DNA from: Haplodiscus bocki
Lineage: Eukaryota
Reading direction: 5' to 3'
Length of the DNA: 64,000 bases
NCBI GenBank assembly: GCA_965655095.1
Contig: OZ296649.1
Span: 29,698,001-29,762,000 of the forward strand
Shown: positions 1 to 12,156 of the stretch, in pieces
Position numbering within the stretch: position 1 is the stretch's first letter
Layout: each line of letters opens with the position of its first letter
Made by a program: the position numbers and the translations under genes
The notes under the pieces: generated by a model
Seen by the model: only the letters and a program-made list of their open reading frames with translations
What the model was told of the DNA's origin: nothing
Databases searched by the model: none

Positions 1-1523
1 CATGTGGACGTTGCGCTACGTTATAAGCCTATTGGATGCGACAAGATGATCGAATTTGGTTAAATCTTCGTTCAGTAAGGAATCTTCGTTGTATGGTCTT
101 TCAACCAGGTGAGTGCCCCCTGTATCTTGTATCCTCAATAAAAAGAGGAGAGTGGGAAGAAGTCGTTTCTTAAAAGAAAAATTAAGGAGTTTCACCCTGG
201 TGAAACGTTCGGTTCGAGGATAGAGTCTAGTGTGTTTAGTTTTTTTAAAAAAATAGTAACAAAGTACTTCTCCGTTTATACCATTTAGTTTTGGAACCAG
301 TGCTTCCATGAAAAAGTTTAGTTTGTTTTCTCAGTTAAGTTACGTCGTAAACCCCTCGTTTCCTGTTGGTTTTGATTTAAATTGAAATTCGTGGTTAAAT
401 CCACCGTAGCTTTCCTCCGAACTCTGCTGACGTCGTGTGGTCTTACCAAACGTTACGATTTCTATTCTTTTTCAGTTTTCTGACACAGAATTGATGAATT
501 TGTTGTTTCAGCTCTTCTCTTCCAGGTGTGTCTTGCGTTGCTGATCCTAATTGTGGATCCGTTTTCTTCCTGTTGGAGCCACAACCCGGTCATCTCCGTC
601 GCTTGTACCCTCAAACTGAAACCCTTCGCGTGTGCCCAGCTTTCGGTTCCCAGGAGCAGTCCTTTGTGCCGATGTCAATAATCTGTAGCCCACCGGATCC
701 GATGACTTCCTTCGCTGTTTATACAGAGCGAATGGAATTCAGATGCCTCTCTTGTTCGCTTCGCCCATCCTTCCTTTAGTAATGCCGGATAATCGGCATT
801 TTGCGAGGCTAACCTCTCCTATACCGACCCGATCCGTCTCATGTTTTACCGACTCGACTGTTCACCGTGAATTTGTTGCCCTTCTCAAGGATACCGATAA
901 ACTTGATTCCTTTCGAATTTTTCTTGGCGCTGAAGTGAGCGCTTTTTCCGCCTCCAAAAAACAAATTCCACCGCCTTCGGGAAATTTTAAAGATGACGAT
1001 GAGAAATCTAGAGATGAAGGTAATTGACAACACCATACTTGAACGGAATACCAATGTCCCTAAAGCAATTCTTACTGATCTTCGACAAGATATTGACATT
1101 GAGGGTCTTGAAGCCGATCGTGGCTGAGTTTCAATGATCCATGACCTTGTGGCACCTTTGTACCACAGTTCCCGGATTTCCTCATAAAGTATACCCCTCA
1201 GCTGTCTTCTACAAGCGTTTAGGTTGCAGCCGATATTCCTCCTTGCCGACGCTCAACAAAATTCCATATATTGATTCCTTCATGCCATGCCGACAAGCAT
1301 CCACACTTCTACCTCCACATAGCTCAACGGCTCAATGAAGTTCTATCAAAGTTTGTCTGACAATCGCAGCCGGCGAACATGGAATTGCTGTGCAGTTAGT
1401 GCAGTTAACCGAAGCGATTAAGGTTATTTCTGTCGCCTTTGCAAGCCCCGCCCCTAATACGAGTTGTGTGATCATTATTGGAACTAAAATGGTGCAGGGA
1501 CCCATTTCCTTGAAAGAGGGCAT

Positions 1524-2095
1524 TTTGGAACGGACTTATTTTAAAACAATTTTTTTCATCACCTGTACAATTGTACGCACATATATCTGAATCACTTTTT
1601 TAATGCAATTGCAGTAATAATTCAATCCCTTGATGCAAAATAACGACTGGGAATACGCCTGAAATCAAAAAGTATGTATCTTTCTTTTAATTTGTCCCAA
1701 TACACTTTCATCACCTTTCTTCGTTCCCAATGAGTAATAGACTAAACGCACGTGACTTGTAATCTGTGCTCACCTGAATCGATTTGCAGTTTTAGAAAAA
1801 CATCGTATTGAATTTTTTTCTTTGCAACTCATCCCCTATTTTAGCTGCCAATCCTTGTGCACCAAACTAGACCCATAAGCGCCTTACCGATAAATATCTT
1901 GCTTTCTGGATTTTCTCCACTTATCATACGAGCAGAAAACATCAACACTATAAACATTGCAACGATGTTTGGGTTTTTCTTCGTCAAGTTGATCCATTTT
2001 TGCTTTTTTACGTAATTTTGATGAAAAAATCAAACGTTTTAAGACGAACTTTTGCCAACTTTACCTGAAAGAAATGGCTCCCTCGCATGTGGACG
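1524..2095 (+). repeat. LTR-derived segment of a monomer (representative copy)
   Basis: Colinear with 62079-62636. It follows the purine tract gaaagaggg and ends at catgtggacg. The equivalent segment of the last monomer is followed by the PBS-like site and gag. Confidence 0.75.
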
Positions 2096-5000
2096 TTGCG
2101 CTACGTTATAAGCCTATTGGATGCGACAAGATGATCGAATTTGGTTAAATCTTCGTTCAGTAAGGAATCTTCGTTGTATGGTCTTTCAAGCAGGTGAGTG
2201 CCCCCTGTATCTTGTATCCTCATTAAAAAAGGAGAGTGGGAAGAAAAATTAAGGAGTTTCACCCTGGTGAAACGTTCGGTTCGAGGATAGAGTCTAGTGT
2301 GTTTAGTTTTTTTAAAAAAATAGTAACAAAGTACTTCTCCGTTTATACCATTTAGTTTTGGAACCAGTGCTTCCATGAAAAAGTTTAGTTTGTTTTCTCA
2401 GTTAAGAAAGTTACGTCGTAAACCCCTCGTTTCCTGTTGGTTTCGATATAAATTGAAATTCGTGGTTAAATCCACCGTAGCTTTCCTCCGAACTCTGCTG
2501 ACGTCACGTGCTCTTACCAAACGTTACGATTTCTTTTCTTTTTCAGTTTTCTGACACAGAATTGATGAATTTGTTGTTTCAGCTCTTCTCTTCCAGGTGT
2601 GTCTTGCGTTGCTGATCCTAATTGTGGATCCGTTTTCTTGCTGTTGGAGCCACAACCCGGTCATCTCCGTCGCTTGTACCCTCAAACTGAAACCCTTCGC
2701 GTGTGCCCAGCTTTCGGTTCCCAGGAGCAGTCCTTTGTGCCGATGTCAATAATCTGTAGCCCACCGGATCCGATGACTTCCTTCGCTGTTTATACAGAGC
2801 GAATGAAATTCAGATGCTTCTCTTGTTCGCTTCGCCCATCCTTCCTTTAGTAATGCCGGATAATGCGGCATTTTGCGAGGCTAACCTCTCCTATACCGAC
2901 CCGATCCGTCTCATGTTTTACCGACTCGACTGTTCACCGTGAATTTGTTGCCCTTTTCAAGGATACCGATAAACTTGATTCCTTTCGAATTTTTCTTGGC
3001 GCTGAAGTGAGCGCTTTCTCCGCCTCCAAAAAACAAATTCCACCGCCTTCGGGAAATTTTAAAGATGACGATGAGAAGTCTAGAGATGAAGGTTATTGAC
3101 AACACCATACTTGAACGGAATACCAATGTCCCTAAAGCAATTCTTACTGATCTTCGACAAGATATTGACATTGAGGGTCTTGAAGCCGATCGTGGCTGAG
3201 TTTCAATGATCCATGACCTTGTGGCACCTTTGTACCACAGTTCCCGGATTTCCTGATAAAGTATACCCCTCAGCTGTCTTCTACAAGCGTTTAGGTTGCA
3301 GCCGATATTCCTCCTTGCCGACGCTCAACAAAATTCCATATATTGATTCCTTCATGCCATACCGACAAGCATCCACACTTCTACCTCCACATAGCAGAAC
3401 GGCTCAATGAAGTTCTATCAAAGTTTGTCTGACAATCGCAGCTGGCGAAGATGGAATTGCTGTGCCATTAGTGTAGTTAACCGAAGCAATTAAGGTTATT
3501 TCTGTCGCCTTTGCAAGCCCCGCCCCTAATACGAGTTGAGTGATCATTATTGGAACTAAAATGGTGCAGGGACCCATTTACTTGAAAGAGGTTACTTTGG
3601 AACGGACTTATTTTGAAACAATGTTTTCATCAACTGTACAATTGTACGCACATATATCTGAATCAGTTTTTTAATGCAATTGCAGTAATAATTCATTGCC
3701 TTGATGCAAAATAACGACTGGGAATACGCCTGAAATCAAAAAGTATGTATCTTTCTTTTAATTTGTCCCAACACGCTTTCATCACCTTTCTTCGTTCCCA
3801 ATGAGTAATAGACTGAACGCACGTGACTTGTCACATGAGCTCACCTAAAGCGATTTGCAGTTTTAGAAAACCTTCGTATTGAAGTTTTTTCTTTGCAACT
3901 CATCACTTATTTTAGCTGCCAATTGTTGTGCATCAAACTAGACGCGTAAACCCCTTACCGACAAATATCTTGCTTGCTGGCTTTTCTCTACTCATCATAC
4001 GAGCAGAAAACATCAACACTATAAACATTGCAAAGATGTTTGGATTTTTCTTCGTGAAGGTGATTCATTTTTGCTTTTTTACGATTTTTTGGTGACAAAA
4101 TCAAACATTTTAAGATGAATTTCAGCCAAGTTTACTTGAAACAAAATGCTCCCTGGGATGGGGACGCTGCGCTACGTTATAGGCCCATTGGATCCGAAAA
4201 GATGATCTAATTTGGTTAAATCTTTGTTCAGTAAGGAATCTTCGTTGTATGGTCTTTCAACCAGGTGAGTGCCCCCTGTATCTTGTATCCTCAATAAAAA
4301 AAGGAGTGTGGGAAGAAGTCGTTTCTTTAAAGAAAAATTAAGGAGTTTCGCCCTGGTGAAACGTTCGGGTCGAGGATAGAGTCTAGTGTGTTTAGTTTTT
4401 TTAAAAAAATAGTAACAAAGTACTTCTCCGTTTATACCATTCAGTTTTGGAACCAGTGCTTCCATGAAAAAGTTCATTTTGTTTTCTCTGTTAAGAAAGT
4501 TACGTCGTAAACCCCTCGTTTCCTGTTGGTTTTGATATAAAGTGATATTCGTTGTTAAATCCACCGTAGCTTTCCTCCGAATTGTGCTGACGTCACGTGG
4601 TCTTACCAAACGTTACGATTTCTATTCTTTTTTATTTTTCTGACACAGAATTGATGAGTTTGTTGTTTCAGGTCTTCTCTTCCAGGTGCATCTTGCGCTG
4701 CTGATCCTAATTGTGGATCCGTTTTCTTCCTGTTTGAGCCACAACCCGGTCATCTCCGTCGCTTGTACCGTCAAACTGAAACCCTTCGCGTGTGCCCAGC
4801 TTCCGGTTCCCAGGAGCAGTCCTTTGTGCCGATGTCAATAATCTGTAGCCCGCCGGATTCGATGAATTCATTCTCTGTTAATACAGAGCCAATGAAATTC
4901 AGATGCGTCTTTTTGTTCGCTTCGGCCATCCTTCCTCTAGTAATGCCGGATACTCGGCATTTTGCGAGGCTAACCTCTCCTATACCGACCCGATCCGTCT

Positions 5001-8000
5001 CATGTTTTACCGACTCGACTGTTCACCGTGAATTTGTTGCCCTTCTCAAGTATACCGATAAACTGGATTCCTTTCGAATTACTCTTGCCGCTGAATTGAG
5101 CGCTTTTTCCGCCTCCAAAAAAACAATTTCCATCGCCTTCGGGAAATTTTGGCGATGACGATGAAAAAATAGATGAAGGTTATTGACAACACCATACTTG
5201 AACGGAATGCCAAGGTCCTTAAAGCAATTCTTACTGATCTTCGACAAGACATTGACATTGAGGGTCTTGAAACCGATCGAAGCTGAGTTTCACAGTTCCT
5301 TTGTTCCACCTTTCCCGGATTTCTTGATAACAAAATTCCATGATTAGGTTCCTTGATGGCATACCGCCAAGCATCCACACTTCTACCTCCACTTAGCTCA
5401 ATGGCTCAATGAAGTTCTATCAAAATTTGTCTGACGATCGCAGCCGGCGAACATGGAATTGCTGTGCCATTAGTGCAGTTAACCGAAGCAATTAAGGTTA
5501 TTTCTGTCGCCTTTGCAAGCTCTGCCCCTAATACGAGTTGTGTGATCAATATTGGAACTAAAATGGTGCAAGGACCCATTTCCTTGAAAGACGGCACTTG
5601 GAAACGGACTTATTTTAAAACAATTTTTTCATCACCTGTACAATTGTACGCACATATATATGAATTACTTTTCTTATGCAATTGCAGTAATAATTCAATC
5701 CCTTGATGCAAAATAACGACTGGGAATACGCCTGAAATCAAAAAGTGTATATCTTTCTTTTAATTTGTCCCAACACGCTTTCATCACCTTTCTGCGTTCC
5801 CAATGAGTCATAGACTAAACGCACGTGACTTGTCACATGAGCTCACCTAAATCGATTTGCAGTTTTAGAATACCTTCGTATTGAAGTTTTTTCTTTGCAA
5901 CTCATCCCTTATTTTAGCTGCCAATCCTTGTGCATCAAACTAGACGCGTAAGCCCCTTACCGACAAATATCTTGCTTGCTGGCTTTTCTCTAATCATACG
6001 AGCAGAAAACATCAACTCTATGAACATTGCAACGATGTTTGGGTTTTTCTTCGTGAAGGTGATTCATTTTTGCTTTTTTACGATTTTTTGGTGACAAAAT
6101 CAAACATTTTAAGATGAATTTTAGTCAAGTTTACTTGAAACAAAAGGCTCCATGGGAAAGGGACGCTGCGCTACGTTATAGGCCCATTGGATCCGAAAAG
6201 ATGATGTAATTTGGTTAAATCTTTGTTCAGTAAGGAATCTTCATTGTATGGTCTTTCAACCAGGTGAGTGCCCCCTGTATCTTGTATCCTCAATAAAAAA
6301 AGGAGTGTGGGAAGAAGTCGTTTCTTTAAAGAAAAATTAAGGAGTTTCGCCCTGGTGAAACGTTCGGGTCGAGGATAGAGTCTAGTGTGTTTAGTTTTTT
6401 TTAAAAAAACAGTCACAAAGTACTTCTCCGTTTATACCATTTAGTTTTGGAACCAGTGCTTCCATGAAAAAGTTCAGTTTGTTTTCTCTGTTAAGAAAGT
6501 TACGTCGTAAACCCCTCGTTTCCTGTTGGTTTTGATATTCATTGATATTCGTTGTTAAATCCACCGTAGCTTTCCTCCGAATTCTGCTGACGTCATGTGG
6601 TCTTACCAAACGGTACGATTTCTATTCTTTTTCATTTTTCTGACTCGGAATTGATGAATTTGTTGTTTCATGTCTTCTCTTCCAGGTGTGTCTTGCGTTG
6701 CTGATCCTAATTGGGGATCCGTTTTCTTCCTGTTGGAGCCACAAACCGGTTATCTCCTTCGCCTGTACCCTCAAACTGAAACCCTTCGCGTGTGCCTAGC
6801 TTTCGGTTCCGGGGAGCAGTCCTTTGTTCCAATGTCAACAATCTGGAGCCCGCCGGATCCGATGGATTCATTCGCTGTTAATACAGAGCCAATGAAATTC
6901 AGATGTGTCTTTTTGTCCTCTTCGCCCATCCTTCCTCTAGTAATGCCGGATACTCGGCATTTTGCGAGGCTAACCTCTCCTATACCGACCCGATCCGTCT
7001 CATGTTTTACCGACTCTACTGCTGACCGTGAATTTGCTGCCCTCCTCAAGTTTACCGATAAACTGGATTCCTTTCGAATTACTCTTGCCGCTGAATTGAG
7101 CGCTTTTTCCGCCTCCAAAAAAACAATTTCCATCGCCTTCGGGAAATTTTGGCGATGACGATGAAAAAATAGATGAAGGTTATTGACAACACCATACTTG
7201 AACGGAATGCCAAGTTCCTTAAAGCAATTCTTACTGATCTTCGACAAGATATTGACATTGAGGGTCTTGAAACCGATCGAAGCTGCGTTTCACAGCTCCT
7301 TTGTACCACAGTTCCCGGATTTCTTGATAACAAAGTTCCATGATTAGGTTCCTTCATGGCATACCGACAAGCATCCACACTTCTACCTCCACTTAGCTCA
7401 ATGGCTCAATGAAGTTCTATCAAAATTTGTCTGACAATCGCTGCCGGCGAACATGGAATTGCTGTGCCATTAGTGCAGTTAACCGAAGCAATTAAGGTTA
7501 TTTCTGTCGCCTTTGCAAGCCCCGCCCCTAATACGAGTTGTGTGATCTTTATTGGAACTAAAATGGTGCTAGGACCCATTTCCTTGAAAGAGGGCATTTT
7601 GGAACGGACTTATTTTGAAACATTTGTTTCATCACCTGTACAATTGTACGCACATCTATATGAATTACTTTTTTTATGCAATTGCAGTAATAGTTCAATC
7701 CCTTGATGCAAAGTGACGACTGGGAGTACGACTGAAATCAAAAAGTGTATGTCTTTCTTTCAATTTGTCCCAACACGCTTTCATCACCTTTCTTCGTTCC
7801 CAATGAGTAATAGACTGAACGCACGTGACTTGTAACCTGTGCTCACCTGAATCGATTCGCAGTTTTAGAATAACATCGTATTGAATTTTTTTCTTTGCAA
7901 CTCATCCCCTATTTTAGCTGCCAATCCTTGTGCACCAAATTAGACCCGTAAGCACCTTACCGACAAATATCTTCCTTTTTGGATTTTCTCTACTTATCAT

Positions 8001-11000
8001 ACGAGCAGAAAACATCAACACTATAAACATTGCAACGATGTTTGTCGTCAAGTTGATCCATTTTTGCTTTTTTACGTAATTTTGATTAAAAAATCAAACG
8101 TTTTAAGACGAATTTTAGCCAACTTTACCTAAAGAAATGGCTCCTTCGCATGTGGACGTTGCGCTACGTTATAAGCCTATTGGATGCGACAAGATGATCG
8201 AATTTGGTTAAATCTTCGTTCAGTAAGGAATCCTCGTTGTATGGTCTTTCAACCAGGTGAGTACCCCTTGTATCTTGTATCCTCAATAAAAAAGCAGAAG
8301 GCGGAAGAAGTCGTTTCTTCAAAGAAAATTGAAGGAGTTTGGCCCTGGTAAAACGTTCGGGTCGAGGATAGAGTATAGTGTGTTTAGTTTTTTTGAAAAA
8401 ATAGTAACAAAGTACTTCTCCGTTTATACCATTTAGTTTTGGAACCAGTGCTTCCATGAAAAAGTTCAGTTTGTTTTCTCTGTTAAGAAAGTTACGTCGT
8501 AAACCCCTCGTTTCCTGTTGGTTTTGATATTCATTGATATTCGTTGTTAAATCCACCGTAGCTTTCCTCCGAATTCTGCTGACGTCATGTGGTCTTACCA
8601 AACGGTACGATTTCTATTCTTTTTCATTTTTCTGACTCGGAATTGATGAATTTGTTGTTTCATGTCTTCTCTTCCAGGTGTGTCTTGCGTTGCTGATCCT
8701 AATTGGGGATCCGTTTTCTTCCTGTTGGAGCCACAAACCGGTTATCTCCTTCGCCTGTACCCTCAAACTGAAACCCTTCGCGTGTGCCTAGCTTTCGGTT
8801 CCGGGGAGCAGTCCTTTGTTCCAATGTCAACAATCTGGAGCCCGCCGGATCCGATGGATTCATTCGCTGTTAATACAGAGCCAATGAAATTCAGATGTGT
8901 CTTTTTGTCCTCTTCGCCCATCCTTCCTCTAGTAATGCCGGATACTCGGCATTTTGCGAGGCTAACCTCTCCTATACCGACCCGATCCGTCTCATGTTTT
9001 ACCGACTCTACTGCTGACCGTGAATTTGCTGCCCTCCTCAAGTTTACCGATAAACTGGATTCCTTTCGAATTACTCTTGCCGCTGAATTGAGCGCTTTTT
9101 CCGCCTCCAAAAAAACAATTTCCATCGCCTTCGGGAAATTTTGGCGATGACGATGAAAAAATAGATGAAGGTTATTGACAACACCATACTTGAACGGAAT
9201 GCCAAGTTCCTTAAAGCAATTCTTACTGATCTTCGACAAGATATTGACATTGAGGGTCTTGAAACCGATCGAAGCTGCGTTTCACAGCTCCTTTGTACCA
9301 CAGTTCCCGGATTTCTTGATAACAAAGTTCCATGATTAGGTTCCTTCATGGCATACCGACAAGCATCCACACTTCTACCTCCACATAGCTCAACGGCTCA
9401 ATGAAGTTCTATCAAAGTTTGTCTGACAATCGCAGCCGGCGAACATGGAATTGCTGTGCAGTTAGTGCAGTTAACCGAAGCGATTAAGGTTATTTCTGTC
9501 GCCTTTGCAAGCCCCGCCCCTAATACGAGTTGTGTGATCTTTATTGGAACTAAAATGGTGCTAGGACCCATTTCCTTGAAAGAGGGCATTTTGGAACGGA
9601 CTTATTTTGAAACATTTGTTTCATCACCTGTACAATTGTACGCACATCTATATGAATTACTTTTTTTATGCAATTGCAGTAATAGTTCAATCCCTTGATG
9701 CAAAGTGACGACTGGGAGTACGACTGAAATCAAAAAGTGTATGTCTTTCTTTCAATTTGTCCCAACACGCTTTCATCACCTTTCTTCGTTCCCAATGAGT
9801 AATAGACTGAACGCACGTGACTTGTAACCTGTGCTCACCTGAATCGATTCGCAGTTTTAGAATAACATCGTATTGAATTTTTTTCTTTGCAACTCATCCC
9901 CTATTTTAGCTGCCAATCCTTGTGCACCAAATTAGACCCGTAAGCACCTTACCGACAAATATCTTCCTTTTTGGATTTTCTCTACTTATCATACGAGCAG
10001 AAAACATCAACACTATAAACATTGCAACGATGTTTGTCGTCAAGTTGATCCATTTTTGCTTTTTTACGTAATTTTGATTAAAAAATCAAACGTTTTAAGA
10101 CGAATTTTAGCCAACTTTACCTAAAGAAATGGCTCCTTCGCATGTGGACGTTGCGCTACGTTATAAGCCTATTGGATGCGACAAGATGATCGAATTTGGT
10201 TAAATCTTCGTTCAGTAAGGAATCCTCGTTGTATGGTCTTTCAACCAGGTGAGTACCCCTTGTATCTTGTATCCTCAATAAAAAAGCAGAAGGCGGAAGA
10301 AGTCGTTTCTTCAAAGAAAATTGAAGGAGTTTGGCCCTGGTAAAACGTTCGGGTCGAGGATAGAGTATAGTGTGTTTAGTTTTTTTGAAAAAATAGTAAC
10401 AAAGTACTTCTCCGTTTATACCATTTAGTTTTGGAACCAGTGCTTCCATGAAAAAGTTCAGTTTGTTTTCTCTGTTAAGAAAGTTACGTCGTAAACCCCT
10501 CGTTTCCTGTTGGTTTTGATATTCATTGATATTCGTTGTTAAATCCACCGTAGCTTTCCTCCGAATTCTGCTGACGTCATGTGGTCTTACCAAACGGTAC
10601 GATTTCTATTCTTTTTCATTTTTCTGACTCGGAATTGATGAATTTGTTGTTTCATGTCTTCTCTTCCAGGTGTGTCTTGCGTTGCTGATCCTAATTGGGG
10701 ATCCGTTTTCTTCCTGTTGGAGCCACAAACCGGTTATCTCCTTCGCCTGTACCCTCAAACTGAAACCCTTCGCGTGTGCCTAGCTTTCGGTTCCGGGGAG
10801 CAGTCCTTTGTTCCAATGTCAACAATCTGGAGCCCGCCGGATCCGATGGATTCATTCGCTGTTAATACAGAGCCAATGAAATTCAGATGTGTCTTTTTGT
10901 CCTCTTCGCCCATCCTTCCTCTAGTAATGCCGGATACTCGGCATTTTGCGAGGCTAACCTCTCCTATACCGACCCGATCCGTCTCATGTTTTACCGACTC

Positions 11001-12156
11001 TACTGCTGACCGTGAATTTGCTGCCCTCCTCAAGTTTACCGATAAACTGGATTCCTTTCGAATTACTCTTGCCGCTGAATTGAGCGCTTTTTCCGCCTCC
11101 AAAAAAACAATTTCCATCGCCTTCGGGAAATTTTGGCGATGACGATGAAAAAATAGATGAAGGTTATTGACAACACCATACTTGAACGGAATGCCAAGTT
11201 CCTTAAAGCAATTCTTACTGATCTTCGACAAGATATTGACATTGAGGGTCTTGAAACCGATCGAAGCTGCGTTTCACAGCTCCTTTGTACCACAGTTCCC
11301 GGATTTCTTGATAACAAAGTTCCATGATTAGGTTCCTTCATGGCATACCGACAAGCATCCACACTTCTACCTCCACTTAGCTCAATGGCTCAATGAAGTT
11401 CTATCAAAATTTGTCTGACAATCGCTGCCGGCGAACATGGAATTGCTGTGCCATTAGTGCAGTTAACCGAAGCAATTAAGGTTATTTCTGTCGCCTTTGC
11501 AAGCCCCGCCCCTAATACGAGTTGTGTGATCTTTATTGGAACTAAAATGGTGCTAGGACCCATTTCCTTGAAAAAGTTTACTTTGGAACGGACTTATTTT
11601 GAAACAATTTTTTCATCACCTGTACAATTGTACGCGCATATATCTGAATCACTTTTTTAATGCAATTGCAGTAATAATTCAATCCCTTGATGCAAAGTGA
11701 CGACTGGGAGTACGACTGAAATCAAAAAGTGTATGTCTTTCTTTCAATTTGTCCCAACACGCTTTCATCACCTTTCTTCGTTCCCAATGAGTAATAGACT
11801 GAACGCACGTGACTTGTAACCTGTGCTCACCTGAATCGATTCGCAGTTTTAGAATAACATCGTATTGAATTTTTTTCTTTGCAACTCATCCCCTATTTTA
11901 GCTGCCAATCCTTGTGCACCAAATTAGACCCGTAAGCACCTTACCGACAAATATCTTCCTTTTTGGATTTTCTCTACTTATCATACGAGCAGAAAACATC
12001 AACACTATAAACATTGCAACGATGTTTGGGTTTTTCTTCGTCAAGTTGATCCATTTTTGCTTTTTTACGTAATTTTGATTAAAAAATCAAACGTTTTAAG
12101 ACGAATTTTAGCCAACTTTACCTAAAGAAATGGCTCCTTCGCATGTGGACGTTGCG

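Noticed and set aside
1332-1590. Recurrent 63-80 aa ORFs (MPSFKEMGP..., MPLVQLTEA...) as genes
   Set aside because: They overlap the PPT/LTR boundary on both strands, have no recognisable motif and are stopped in several monomers; recurrence only reflects the repeat.
6771-7378. Minus-strand 158/99 aa ORFs
   Set aside because: Antisense shadows of the accessory ORF; their length varies with its frameshifts.
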